20,000 nt of DNA, taken from the IMG/VR virus record IMGVR_UViG_3300017917_004917. The stretch is one strand, 5' to 3'. Position 1 is the stretch's first letter. Each line of letters opens with the position of its first letter. Made by a program: the position numbers and the translations under genes. The notes under the pieces were generated by a model. The model was not told the origin of the DNA. It did not search any database and saw nothing but the letters and a program-made list of their open reading frames with translations. Shown here in pieces: positions 9,074 to 18,151 of this stretch. This DNA comes from an uncultured virus (IMG/VR IMGVR_UViG_3300017917_004917) (Duplodnaviria; Heunggongvirae; Uroviricota; Caudoviricetes).

Positions 9074-10241
9074 TTAAAAGGTTTGTGATATTTTCTTTTT
9101 CTCCCTCAGAAGTATATTTACTAAGAGTTTTTTCATAGTTTTCTTGGATTTGTGGACTATCCATTTCTCCATTAAGCCACTTATCAATAGCAATTCCAAG
9201 GATTTCTGCAGTCTGGAATATATCTCCATTATTACACCAAAATCCATTTTCATTAGTCATATATTCTTTCCCACCAAATGAAGCCCATCCTATTGTATGA
9301 GTTCCGCAGGCCATAGCCTCAAGCGGGGCTGTACCAAATCCAGCGATGTCATCAGTGTATAGATAAAATGCACAAGAAGCAAGTCTTTCAGCAAATTGTT
9401 CTCTATCCATACCTTCAAGTTCTTGAAATCTAACCCACTTAAGGTGTGGATAAAATGCATAAAATGTCTTAATAATATTATAAGTCTTAAGTTTATTTTC
9501 TGGACCTCTTGATGCCGTGAAGGCAACCATTGGAAGTTTATCAGAAATTTTTTGTGGAACTTTAAAAACTTCTCTGTTAATACCTTGCTTGAAGTCTTTT
9601 ATATTAAGACCAGGCATTACAGATACGATATATTCAGTAATAGCATCAGATACAGATATTACATCATTAATTCCATAGTGTTGCCACTTCTCACCTGGCT
9701 GCATTGCGTTTAATATATAAAACCAACTTTGTGCAAATACAATCCTCTTACAAGGTACTTGCATTGTTTTTTTCATGATATCTGGGAACCCTTCAGGAAT
9801 AATTAAAAAATCTTCAATCTTAACATTAAGTTGAGAACCAAATTGAGATGTTCCATCACTAAAATTCATTTCTATAGGATTTCCTTTATCATCACGCAAA
9901 TCACCAAGAGGCATAAATTTAATTTTTGATATGTCGAAATCTACCCACTTAGGATTAAATTTCTGAAAAACATCAACTTGTTTTTGAGCTTTAGCGGAAG
10001 CTTCATAAGAAGCTCTCTGGTCGTGTATTGGCTCATAAACAATAGTGACATCAAATCCATTGTCGCTAAGATTCTTAGCAGCTCTAAGAAGAACTCCAAC
10101 TCCACCGCTTGGTAAATTCATAGGTGGACAATAGAAATAGGTTTTAAATGCATTATCTCTAAGCTTACCAATAGCATTGTCGATAATTTCATTGTGAGTA
10201 GGACTTTTTACCTCCTCTTGTAATTCAACATTTTTTTCCAT
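9024..10241 (-). CDS. GT-B fold (GT4-like) glycosyltransferase
   Basis: N-terminal PSGGVGVL loop and C-terminal AGFGTAPLEAMACG (GT4 EGFGLPPLEAMACG motif). Confidence 0.85.
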   Translation of the reverse strand: MEKNVELQEEVKSPTHNEIIDNAIGKLRDNAFKTYFYCPPMNLPSGGVGVLLRAAKNLSDNGFDVTIVYEPIHDQRASYEASAKAQKQVDVFQKFNPKWVDFDISKIKFMPLGDLRDDKGNPIEMNFSDGTSQFGSQLNVKIEDFLIIPEGFPDIMKKTMQVPCKRIVFAQSWFYILNAMQPGEKWQHYGINDVISVSDAITEYIVSVMPGLNIKDFKQGINREVFKVPQKISDKLPMVAFTASRGPENKLKTYNIIKTFYAFYPHLKWVRFQELEGMDREQFAERLASCAFYLYTDDIAGFGTAPLEAMACGTHTIGWASFGGKEYMTNENGFWCNNGDIFQTAEILGIAIDKWLNGEMDSPQIQENYEKTLSKYTSEGEKENITNLLNEYKDERIKELESYKQ

Positions 10242-10331
10242 GAAAACTATTTATTTCGATTAATTTTAAAGTATTATAACTTATTAAAATAAATATATAA
10301 ACGTAATTAAGTAAAATAAATAGTTTTTAAA

Positions 10332-10369
10332 AAAAAAAGACCATGAAAATAATTTCATGGTCTTTTTTT
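10332..10369 (-). terminator. Intrinsic terminator after the HAD-like gene
   Basis: Perfect 17-bp inverted repeat AAAAAAAGACCATGAAA-ataa-TTTCATGGTCTTTTTTT. Confidence 0.85.
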
Positions 10370-10382
10370 ATTTTTATAAAAT

Positions 10383-11096
10383 TTATTTTTTTTCTTCGAC
10401 AAATATTTTTTCTAAAAAAGAAGTACTAATTTCTGACAAGGACTTAAATGAATATTCTGCATTATCCCACTTATTAAATCCATGTTCGATTTTAATAACT
10501 GTCTTTCCACTTGGAACATTTTGCAATATTTCAGGAACACAATCTATTAATACATCACAATAGTCCCATTTCTCATACTCATTCTCAACACACTGAAAAC
10601 TTCTCATTCTACAATTGTGAGTTGCTAGAAAATGCCAAGTAGCTGGAAGAGATGTTCCACCATTACTTGCTAATAAAATAGTTTTGTATAATTTATTTTG
10701 AATTCCATAAGCTTGAATCTTGTTAAAAGTCTCACAAGCCCCCTTATATTCTTCGGCTTTACCAAATATTTGGAATGGGAATTTCTGATACATAAACTCA
10801 TCAAGAGCCTCTTGCGGTGATAAAATTGTCTCACCATCCATAGCTACTGTATTATCAAATTTATAGTGATTAAATATATCATAAGAATTCATAGGTAAAG
10901 ATATCAATTCTTTTTCTTTTAATTCTATAGTTTTTTCTAATAATTGAAGTTCTTCTTCTGAATTTTCTTTAACTGTCATATCCTTACTCATTTCAACCAA
11001 GCTTGGATTATGAATAAATGCCTTTCTATATTGCTTATCAAATTGAGACATAAAATCTCTTATAACATAATCAATACTTATACCAACTGTTTTCAT
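10383..11096 (-). CDS. HAD-superfamily 5'(3')-deoxyribonucleotidase-like protein with degenerate catalytic motifs
   Basis: MKTVGISIDYVIRDF (motif I-like), CDVLIDCVP (motif IV-like) and KIEHGFNK (NT5C-like C-terminal xxxPxN region). Confidence 0.6.
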   Translation of the reverse strand: MKTVGISIDYVIRDFMSQFDKQYRKAFIHNPSLVEMSKDMTVKENSEEELQLLEKTIELKEKELISLPMNSYDIFNHYKFDNTVAMDGETILSPQEALDEFMYQKFPFQIFGKAEEYKGACETFNKIQAYGIQNKLYKTILLASNGGTSLPATWHFLATHNCRMRSFQCVENEYEKWDYCDVLIDCVPEILQNVPSGKTVIKIEHGFNKWDNAEYSFKSLSEISTSFLEKIFVEEKK

Positions 11097-11119
11097 TTTA
11101 TAAATTTATAATTTTATAA

Positions 11120-11148
11120 AATGTAAGTAAAAAATAATATAATATCAA
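11120..11148 (-). promoter_or_regulatory. Putative sigma70-like promoter for the HAD-like gene
   Basis: Minus strand TTGATA-17 nt-TACATT between the upstream terminator and ATG 11096. The AT-rich context weakens specificity. Confidence 0.4.
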
Positions 11149-11168
11149 TTTGTATTATTTTTTTTTAA

Positions 11169-11206
11169 AAAAAATCCCCAATATACAAATATATTGGGGA
11201 TTTTTT
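11169..11206 (-). terminator. Intrinsic terminator after the A1-like gene
   Basis: Perfect 17-bp inverted repeat AAAAAATCCCCAATATA-caaa-TATATTGGGGATTTTTT. Confidence 0.85.
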
Positions 11207-11216
11207 GACACCTTAA

Positions 11217-12836
11217 CTATAGAGTTGTAAATTCGCCATCATTAAAATATATAAGCTGACCCTTTCCGTTTGGATGTATAATAGCGTGAGCATGAGCCCA
11301 CTTGCTTGCTCCAGTATTATATCCAAGCCTAAGCTTTGTAGAAGTACCTACTTGTATTACACCATCCTTTCTACTTGGAGCATGAGAGTGTCCAACAATC
11401 ATTTTTGTGTTAAGTTGTCTATATTGATTTATAGAGCCCCTACTTCCGCCTGAGCCTATGTGTCCATGTTGACCTACTTCCCAGTCATGAATTCTATAGC
11501 TATCACTCAATCCAAGTGTAATCATATCTGGATATTCTTGATTTATAAGATATGGGATTACTCCATTTGTTGCTTTTTTATTTAATATTAAAGCTGCATA
11601 CTCCATATAAGCTGTAGAATTTTTCATAGTAGATTCTTTTCTCCAATCAACATCTCTAAGCCATCTATCAAGGAAATCATCATGATTACTTCTAACTATT
11701 ATTGTTTCAAATTTAGCAAAAGGCTTAAGGCCTTCTATCATATTTTGAATTTCTTTTCTTAAGTCATTTTTCCCCTCTAATTCTTTAAAATATTGAGCAA
11801 ATGGGTCTTTTCTGTCGTGATGACTAATTGAATGTCCGTCAAAAACATCATGAAGTACAACTTTTTTTGGCTTAAGATTCTTCATAAGAACATTAATTGT
11901 TGTATCTATAACATTCTCATCATGTTCTCCAAAGTGAACATCACCTAATATTATACCATCAATCTCATTTATTTTTTCTACCTTAGACTCTCCAACTATT
12001 TCTTTTGAAACGAATTCAAGACCATTAATTTTTGTTTTCTTATTAGAACCTTTAAATTCTACCTTATAGCAAAGGTCATAGAAATTTCCATCATCAGTAG
12101 CTGTAACACACCTTGTGAAAACTTTTTTCTTATCCTTAATTTCAACAATAACAAAACCTAGAGTATGATGAAATTCTCCATTTTTTCCAGATTTAGAATC
12201 TGTGTAATTAGGCATAGTACAAGCTCCAGTTGTCATCATCTTTTTTTCAGGTCTTCCCTCAAGAACGTCAAGAGTTTCTTCTTGAGCCTTAGGGTGTCCA
12301 AATATACAAGATTGAGAACCGCTAAAACCTTTCATGCCAGTCATTGGAGTAACTGCTGTTGGCGAAACCTTAACATCACCTATTACAACTAAGTGCTTAT
12401 GAATTGATTCTCTGTTTGCATATAAATATGGCAAAGTTCTTGAGTGCCATGTATCATAATCCTTATCAGAAAATATAGATGTTGGATTTTTATATCTTCC
12501 AGCTATAATAATTATTGTAGCACCTATTTTATCAGCATAAGCTTCTAAGTTTCTTAAAAAAATCTCATGAACTGGAGTATTATTTTGAGCCCATGTAATA
12601 ATATATCTATCAGATGTTTTTTTTATTTTTCTTTTTTTAGCTTCCTCATATTGAGGTGACTTAGGTTCAACTGGACTTGTGAATCCAAGTTTTGCTGCCC
12701 AATTTCTTGCTGTCCTACTTGATACGCCTGTGTACTCTGCTAGTAATTCCTCTTTCTTATCCCAAGATATATCCCTATTAGTATATATTTCTTCTATCTT
12801 AAGAATATCATCTTCAGTCAGTTCATTAAATTTCAT
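11217..12836 (-). CDS. T5 A1-like protein: N-terminal HTH plus calcineurin-like metallophosphoesterase/nuclease
   Basis: HTH-like LAEYTGVSSRTARNW. A1-type blocks IITWAQNNTPVH, TTGACTMPNY...HHTLGFVIVE, GDVH, HDVFDGHSISHH, SNHDDFLDRWL, HGHIGSGGSRGS, GHSH and GYNTGASKW are collinear with phage T5 A1 as I recall it. Confidence 0.8.
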   Translation of the reverse strand: MKFNELTEDDILKIEEIYTNRDISWDKKEELLAEYTGVSSRTARNWAAKLGFTSPVEPKSPQYEEAKKRKIKKTSDRYIITWAQNNTPVHEIFLRNLEAYADKIGATIIIIAGRYKNPTSIFSDKDYDTWHSRTLPYLYANRESIHKHLVVIGDVKVSPTAVTPMTGMKGFSGSQSCIFGHPKAQEETLDVLEGRPEKKMMTTGACTMPNYTDSKSGKNGEFHHTLGFVIVEIKDKKKVFTRCVTATDDGNFYDLCYKVEFKGSNKKTKINGLEFVSKEIVGESKVEKINEIDGIILGDVHFGEHDENVIDTTINVLMKNLKPKKVVLHDVFDGHSISHHDRKDPFAQYFKELEGKNDLRKEIQNMIEGLKPFAKFETIIVRSNHDDFLDRWLRDVDWRKESTMKNSTAYMEYAALILNKKATNGVIPYLINQEYPDMITLGLSDSYRIHDWEVGQHGHIGSGGSRGSINQYRQLNTKMIVGHSHAPSRKDGVIQVGTSTKLRLGYNTGASKWAHAHAIIHPNGKGQLIYFNDGEFTTL

Positions 12837-12876
12837 AATTAATTTCAGATTTTTTTATTACTCTAGTTGCAAATTA

Positions 12877-12928
12877 AATAAAAAAAAATAACTTTAACAA
12901 ATTTTTGCTAAAGTTATTTTTTTTTATT
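12877..12928 (-). terminator. Intrinsic terminator at the end of the sugar operon (overlaps gmd stop)
   Basis: Long AT-rich inverted repeat AATA9TAACTTTAACAAA / TTTGCTAAAGTTAT9ATT. The single mismatch is a G-U pair only in the minus-strand RNA. Confidence 0.7.
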
Positions 12929-14957
12929 CATGCTCAAGGTCATATTCAACCATCCTCTTAACGAGTTCATCAAGGTCAATCTTAGCCTCCCATCCAAGTT
13001 TTTTCTTAGCCTTAGATGGGTCTCCAATGAGTCTATCAACCTCAGCGGGCCTGAAGTACTTAGGGTCAACTTCAACAAGAAGCTTTCCTGTCTCTTTGTC
13101 ATATCCCTTTTCATTCACACCCTCACCTCTCCATTCAATTTCCCAACCTAAGTGCTTAGCAGTCATCTCAATGAAAGTACGGACCTTATATGTCTTTCCA
13201 GTGGCTAATACATAGTCTTCTGGCTCATCCTGTTGAAGCATTCTCCACATACCTTCACAATTTCCAGAAATATTAACAGTATCATTATCTCTTGTTATAA
13301 CTGTTCCATTATTTGTTTGAATACACCACACCTTTTTTGCTCCATCATTGATTTTATCAAATTCTGTAATATATGTGTATTTTTTTGATTTAGTTATAAC
13401 ACCAACTTCATATACTCCACTCTTTCTTGTGCGTATTGTAGATGTCCTATATCCAGCTAAATGTGAAATAGTTTGAAAATCAGCTGCTAATTTATATCTT
13501 TTTGATGTATATATAAATCCGCCCCAATTTCCATCACAATCCATCAAGGCATTAAAAGCTATTTCAGATTGACGTTGACTTAGATTATAAAAACCAATTG
13601 GCATAACATGAATATCATTACAATCAAATAAGTCTAATATTTTTTTTGATGACTCTGCACTAAAAACCCACTCAGTTGTTCCACAGTTTTTATTTTTCAC
13701 GCTAAATTCAAGCTTAAGTCTACTAATAGTTTTCTCTATTTTATTATGTATTGACTCATTCTTTATATGAGATTGAGATAAAGACACATATACTCCTCTA
13801 CCTTTTTTTGAATTAGATAAAAAACCTTCTGCAAGCAGACAAGAAATTAAATAAATTTCATCATCAGAATATTTATGAGAATCTATTTTGTCATATTCTT
13901 GAAAATGTGGTAATCTGTAGTCGTATTTAGTTCTTATATTCTTATTGTTTAATTTTTCATAAAAATCATTTGCGCTACAAATTTTATACTCACTCCAACC
14001 ACCTTTTGATTGTTTAGATTTTTGTTGATAATATAATCGGTGCTCTGGTGTTACATTTAAATAAACACCTATACCAGATAAAACTATTTTATCACCATTA
14101 CTATCTAAAAGAATCTTCTTTTTTACTATATCTGTAGTAATATGATTTTTTTCTGAATTAAAATTTATAACCTCATCACCTTCATTTATATCATCATAAT
14201 ACTTCCACCCAGAAGTCGTTAAAATGGGGACATCTAAATTAAAACAATATTCTTGAGCATGTCCCCAGTCTCTCTCAGCATCGAGATTTCCAATTTTCAA
14301 CACATCAAGCTTGCCCTTCTTAATTTGTGCCATGTTAGTCGTAATCTTCCTTGTAACAAATGTTTTTCCACGTCTCTCACTCTCATGATTGAAAAGTATT
14401 CCATTACATGCAAATAAGTTGTATGATTCACGGTAGTTCTTGATAATCCAGAAGCCATAAAGCTTTGCAACTCCATATGGACTTCTTGGATGAAAGGGTG
14501 TATTCTCATCATAAAACCCCTCGCTGTTCTTGTTGTATTCAAGACCGCCATAAAGCTCTGATGTAGATGCTTGATAAAATTTTGCATTAGGACAATGTGA
14601 ACGCATCGCCTCAAGAATTGTAAGCGTTCCAAGAGCATCGGTTTGAGCAGTATAGTGAGGAACTTCAAACGAAACTTTTACGTGCGATTGAGCCGCAAGA
14701 TTATAAATTTCATCTGGCTTAATTTGAGATATAAGAGTTGTTATGTTAAGCGGGTCTGTAACATCTCCGTGATGTAAATGAAGCATTGGATGATTCATTA
14801 AGTGGTCAATCCTTTCTGTATTGAAGGTTGACGCTCTTCTGATGATTGCATGCACCTCATATCCTTTATCCAATAGAAGTTCTGCAAGGTAACTTCCATC
14901 TTGCCCCGTCACGCCAGTGCAAAAAGCGACCTTGTTTTTTTTTGTTTTTTCTTTCAT
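12924..14957 (-). CDS. gmd: GDP-mannose 4,6-dehydratase, intein-containing (677-aa precursor, 348 aa spliced)
   Basis: [62 protein letters not shown]|...|[28 protein letters not shown]. Start at 14957 forms an ATGA overlap with the upstream stop. Confidence 0.97.
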   Translation of the reverse strand: MKEKTKKNKVAFCTGVTGQDGSYLAELLLDKGYEVHAIIRRASTFNTERIDHLMNHPMLHLHHGDVTDPLNITTLISQIKPDEIYNLAAQSHVKVSFEVPHYTAQTDALGTLTILEAMRSHCPNAKFYQASTSELYGGLEYNKNSEGFYDENTPFHPRSPYGVAKLYGFWIIKNYRESYNLFACNGILFNHESERRGKTFVTRKITTNMAQIKKGKLDVLKIGNLDAERDWGHAQEYCFNLDVPILTTSGWKYYDDINEGDEVINFNSEKNHITTDIVKKKILLDSNGDKIVLSGIGVYLNVTPEHRLYYQQKSKQSKGGWSEYKICSANDFYEKLNNKNIRTKYDYRLPHFQEYDKIDSHKYSDDEIYLISCLLAEGFLSNSKKGRGVYVSLSQSHIKNESIHNKIEKTISRLKLEFSVKNKNCGTTEWVFSAESSKKILDLFDCNDIHVMPIGFYNLSQRQSEIAFNALMDCDGNWGGFIYTSKRYKLAADFQTISHLAGYRTSTIRTRKSGVYEVGVITKSKKYTYITEFDKINDGAKKVWCIQTNNGTVITRDNDTVNISGNCEGMWRMLQQDEPEDYVLATGKTYKVRTFIEMTAKHLGWEIEWRGEGVNEKGYDKETGKLLVEVDPKYFRPAEVDRLIGDPSKAKKKLGWEAKIDLDELVKRMVEYDLEHE
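13260..14246 (-). mobile_element. Intein (329 aa) with LAGLIDADG homing endonuclease inside Gmd
   Basis: Block [16 protein letters not shown], block B VTPEHRLY, block C ISCLLAEG, block [10 protein letters not shown], block F KVWCIQT, block G ISGN followed by +1 Cys. Removal restores [14 protein letters not shown]. Confidence 0.95.
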
Positions 14958-15775
14958 ATTTCCCATTTGTATTTATATTGTTCCATAATTCCTTCTTCAG
15001 GTGTAATCCATTTCAAAAAATCAATTGTTTCTTTTTTGTTAAATCTTATTCTATTTCTACTTGTTATTGAAGGTTTAAAACCTTTTTTATTTAATTTTTC
15101 TACTAAAAATTCATTATCTTCTCTTGTAAAAGAATCTGTACATAAATAAACATTTCCACCAGTTATATAACCATCTCCAATAAACCACCAATAGCAAGAC
15201 TTGGATGTAATCAAAATATCTCTTGGTACTATTTTTTCTTTTTTTGGGTACCATCTTGAATTTTCACTCAACAAGTCATGATACATTTTGGATTTAGAAT
15301 GATAACATTTTGTATGTTCACTTTGCCAAATGGGACCAAATTCAATAGAGTGTAATTCTTTAAAAATTTCTTCTGGAGTTTCTTTAAATTTAAACCCAAA
15401 CGTCAGTCTTGCAGATATTCTCGATTTTTCTGATAAACACCCATCACTCAATAATAATCCATCTAAAACTTCTTTTTCTTCATTACTTATATTACAATAT
15501 CTAAATTTAGAATCATCCCAATTTTTTGCTTCACTAATTTTTTTTATAGATTCCTTAGAATGATTTTTTCCAAAAAAAGGATTATTTTTACCTTTGGTGT
15601 TTTCACTAATTTTTAACCTTTGTTCTTCTGTTCTTTTTTTACCTTGATTATTTTTTCCATTAAAACTTTTTGCACAAAAAGAGGAACAAAACCTTTTCTC
15701 TTTTTGCCTTTTTAGTCGAGGATTAAACTCAAATTCTTTTTTACATAACTCACATTTCTTTTTTTCTTCTTTCAT
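14954..15775 (-). CDS. Free-standing homing endonuclease: Zn-ribbon + NUMOD3 + LAGLIDADG
   Basis: CELC...[19 protein letters not shown] and [17 protein letters not shown] (NUMOD3); LDGLLLSDG and WWFIGDG (two LAGLIDADG motifs). Confidence 0.88.
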   Translation of the reverse strand: MKEEKKKCELCKKEFEFNPRLKRQKEKRFCSSFCAKSFNGKNNQGKKRTEEQRLKISENTKGKNNPFFGKNHSKESIKKISEAKNWDDSKFRYCNISNEEKEVLDGLLLSDGCLSEKSRISARLTFGFKFKETPEEIFKELHSIEFGPIWQSEHTKCYHSKSKMYHDLLSENSRWYPKKEKIVPRDILITSKSCYWWFIGDGYITGGNVYLCTDSFTREDNEFLVEKLNKKGFKPSITSRNRIRFNKKETIDFLKWITPEEGIMEQYKYKWEI

Positions 15776-15803
15776 GACTTTTTATTTCTAAATAGTCATG
15801 AAA
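15770..15803 (-). promoter_or_regulatory. RNA hairpin sequestering the endonuclease start codon
   Basis: Perfect 10-bp stem TTTCATGACT (15770-15779) / AGTCATGAAA (15794-15803) with a 14-nt loop; the ATG at 15775-15773 lies in the stem. Confidence 0.7.
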
Positions 15804-15839
15804 AATGTTTATTCCAGCAACATCTGTTATAAATGCATT

Positions 15840-15998
15840 TTAAAAATTTTTTCCAAATATGTCAATACCTTTTGCATGCTTTAATAAACCAATACTTATT
15901 GTTAAAAAAGGCAAACTAATATCTAATGAATAACTGTCTATATGAAACATTAACCCTATTTGCCAATTTGCATATATTGAAAATCTATACTGTCCCAT
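15840..15998 (-). CDS. Small hypothetical protein (52 aa), not in ORF track
   Basis: MGQYRFSIYANWQIGLMFHIDSYSLDISLPFLTISIGLLKHAKGIDIFGKNF; TAATG coupling to the colD-like stop; fills most of the intergenic gap. Confidence 0.6.
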   Translation of the reverse strand: MGQYRFSIYANWQIGLMFHIDSYSLDISLPFLTISIGLLKHAKGIDIFGKNF

Positions 15999-17185
15999 TA
16001 TTTAATTGATTCAATTACTGTTTTACAAATAAATTCTATTTCTTCCTTTGTAAGCTTAGGATGATTTGGAACATAAATCCCACACTCATCAACAACTGTG
16101 GCATTTAATGTCTCATGTCTTCCATATCTACTAATAAAGAATGGCTGAGTTCCCATGGAGCCACAAATAAGAGGTCTTGTCTCAACATTTGCATCAACCA
16201 ATGCCTTAACAGCCTTCATCTTTTCTTCCTTAGTCTTGAAAATCATTGGGTAGCAGAAGGATGCTGTGAATGAGTTCTTATGCTCCGTAGGTGTCCAAAC
16301 CTTATTTTTTTTGTCTAAAGATTTCATAGAATCAAGAAAGTGATAGAAGTTTTCATTTCTTGTGTCAATCATTGAATCAACCTTATCAAGCTGACCGATT
16401 CCAATTACAGCTTGAAGGTCTGTTGAGCGAACATTAAATCCTGGCTCATAGAAAGTATACAAGGCAGAGAAGTCATCAACTCCCCACTTAGCTCTTAATT
16501 TATTTTGAGCATCTTCATCAAGGTCTCTATCCCAACCATGACTTCTAAGCATCTTAAGAAGGTCGTATACATCCTTATCGTTTGTACAAATCATTCCACC
16601 CTCAATTGTACTCATTGTGTGTCCAAAGTAAGTTGAGAAGGCTGACATAAGTCCAAAGTTCCCAAGCTTCTTTCCATCAAACTCAGTTCCTTGAGACTCA
16701 CAGTTATCCTCAAGAAGAACAACTCCGTGTTTCTGACAAAGTTCAACAATCTTATCCATATCTGGAGAAAGTCCAAGAACTGATACAAGCATAAGTGCTG
16801 CTGGCTTATGGTATTTAAAGATAGACTCAAGTTGACTAACATCAACAGCAAGATTCTGCATATTACAATCTACGATTAATGGCTCAAATCCAAGTTGAAT
16901 TACTGGAGCCATATCTGTTGCCCAAGCAAGAGCTGGAACCACTATTTTTTGATTTCTCAAGTTTCCAAGGACCTTAAGAGCATAGAGCATTAATAAATTT
17001 GCCGATGAGCCAGAATTTACAAACACGCTATACTTACATCCAATCCACTCAGACCACTTTTCTTCAAATTCAATTGTCTTAGGTCCCTTAGTAAGTCTTG
17101 GATATGTCTTTAGCCACTCAATTAAGTTATCAATATCGTCTTTATCAATAGTATCCTTAACAAGGGTTATTTTTTCTCTTATCAT
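15998..17185 (-). CDS. colD: GDP-4-keto-6-deoxy-D-mannose 3-dehydratase (ColD-like; DegT/DnrJ PLP family)
   Basis: VNSGSSANLL, LLEDNCES, FSTYFGHTMSTIEGG with His189 at the Schiff-base Lys position, LRSHGWDRDL, PGFNVRS. No Cys-rich Fe-S motif of the E1/RfbH type. Confidence 0.75.
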   Translation of the reverse strand: MIREKITLVKDTIDKDDIDNLIEWLKTYPRLTKGPKTIEFEEKWSEWIGCKYSVFVNSGSSANLLMLYALKVLGNLRNQKIVVPALAWATDMAPVIQLGFEPLIVDCNMQNLAVDVSQLESIFKYHKPAALMLVSVLGLSPDMDKIVELCQKHGVVLLEDNCESQGTEFDGKKLGNFGLMSAFSTYFGHTMSTIEGGMICTNDKDVYDLLKMLRSHGWDRDLDEDAQNKLRAKWGVDDFSALYTFYEPGFNVRSTDLQAVIGIGQLDKVDSMIDTRNENFYHFLDSMKSLDKKNKVWTPTEHKNSFTASFCYPMIFKTKEEKMKAVKALVDANVETRPLICGSMGTQPFFISRYGRHETLNATVVDECGIYVPNHPKLTKEEIEFICKTVIESIK

Positions 17186-17227
17186 ATTTCACATTTTTAT
17201 TAATAATATGAAAATAAAACAAGATAA

Positions 17228-18151
17228 TCAAATATTTTCTTTCCAAGTTTGTTTTAAAATTGAATACGTAGAACCGATACCATGATAAAGTCTCGTTGCC
17301 TTGAAATCTGGAATTAAACTTAACATTTTTTCTATTGATACATCTTTTCTAAATTGACCATCTGGCTTGCTTGAATCATACTCAATTTTAAGATGAGTTG
17401 CATCGCAAGCTCTTAAGGCTGTTCTGGCTATATCATCAATAGATACATTTTGCTCTGTAGCAACATTGAAGCTTTCATAAATTTCATCATCAATGCATCT
17501 CTTTATAACTTTTGCAAGGTCGTCTGAGTGCATAAATTGTCTGAGAGGAGTTCCTGTTCCGAAAAGAGTTATCTTGTCTTCCCCAAAAACCTTTGCATGA
17601 TGAATCTTTTTAATTAAAGCCGCAACAAAGTGGCTGTTGTCACCAAACTTATCATGCTCACTATAAAGATTGCATGGAGTTAAGTATTGATACTTTGTGC
17701 CGTACTGCTTATTATAGGCATCTATTTGAACCGCAAGGCTTCGCTTAGCATATCCATAAGAGAAATTTGTTGGAGTTGGAGGTCCCAAATGTAACATTTC
17801 TTCCCTCATTGGATAATTTTCAGCAACATCAGGATATATACAAGTACTTAATATTCCTATGAATCTTTCTACACCATGATGCCTTGCATATTCAACAAGG
17901 AGGGTGTTCATAAGAACATTATCAGTAAAATATGTATATGGCTTATTTATATTATCAATAATTCCTCCAACAACTGAAGCCAAATGCACAACACAATCTG
18001 GTTTAATGTCATCATACATTTTAGCAACTCCACGTTCAGATGTTAAATCATAATCTTTTGAAGAGAGATAGGTCGCCCCAGGCATTATTCTTTTTAATGA
18101 TTTCCCTACTTGCCCTGAACCGCCAGTTATAACTATTTTTTTATATTTCAT
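17228..18151 (-). CDS. GDP-L-fucose synthase / GDP-L-colitose synthase (Fcl/ColC family epimerase-reductase)
   Basis: TGGSGQVG, VGGIIDN, LSTCIYP, YGYAKR, PCNLY, SHFVAALIKK, GTGTPLRQFMHSDDLA, KPDG. Confidence 0.92.
   Translation of the reverse strand: MKYKKIVITGGSGQVGKSLKRIMPGATYLSSKDYDLTSERGVAKMYDDIKPDCVVHLASVVGGIIDNINKPYTYFTDNVLMNTLLVEYARHHGVERFIGILSTCIYPDVAENYPMREEMLHLGPPTPTNFSYGYAKRSLAVQIDAYNKQYGTKYQYLTPCNLYSEHDKFGDNSHFVAALIKKIHHAKVFGEDKITLFGTGTPLRQFMHSDDLAKVIKRCIDDEIYESFNVATEQNVSIDDIARTALRACDATHLKIEYDSSKPDGQFRKDVSIEKMLSLIPDFKATRLYHGIGSTYSILKQTWKENI

Noticed and set aside
12860..12880. Bacteroidota -7 promoter (TAnnTTTG) upstream of the A1-like gene
   Set aside because: The minus strand reads TTAATTTG, which misses the consensus, so it is not reported as a feature.
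14954..15997. Group I intron hosting the LAGLIDADG ORF
   Set aside because: Flanking colD and gmd are both complete, there is no room or sequence for an intron core, and the gap holds a small ORF; the gene is free-standing.
4794..16851. Short alternative-frame or antisense ORFs in the track (e.g. 4794-4997, 5018-5200, 5283-5597, 6235-6453, 7563-7760, 9290-9526, 12165-12392, 14297-14668, 15330-15563, 16612-16851)
   Set aside because: They are shadows of longer, better-supported genes and show no recognisable motifs.
15998..17185. Perosamine synthase or E1 (RfbH/DdhC) assignment
   Set aside because: It lacks the catalytic Lys of perosamine synthase and the Cys-rich Fe-S motif of E1; the GDP-sugar neighbours fit ColD.
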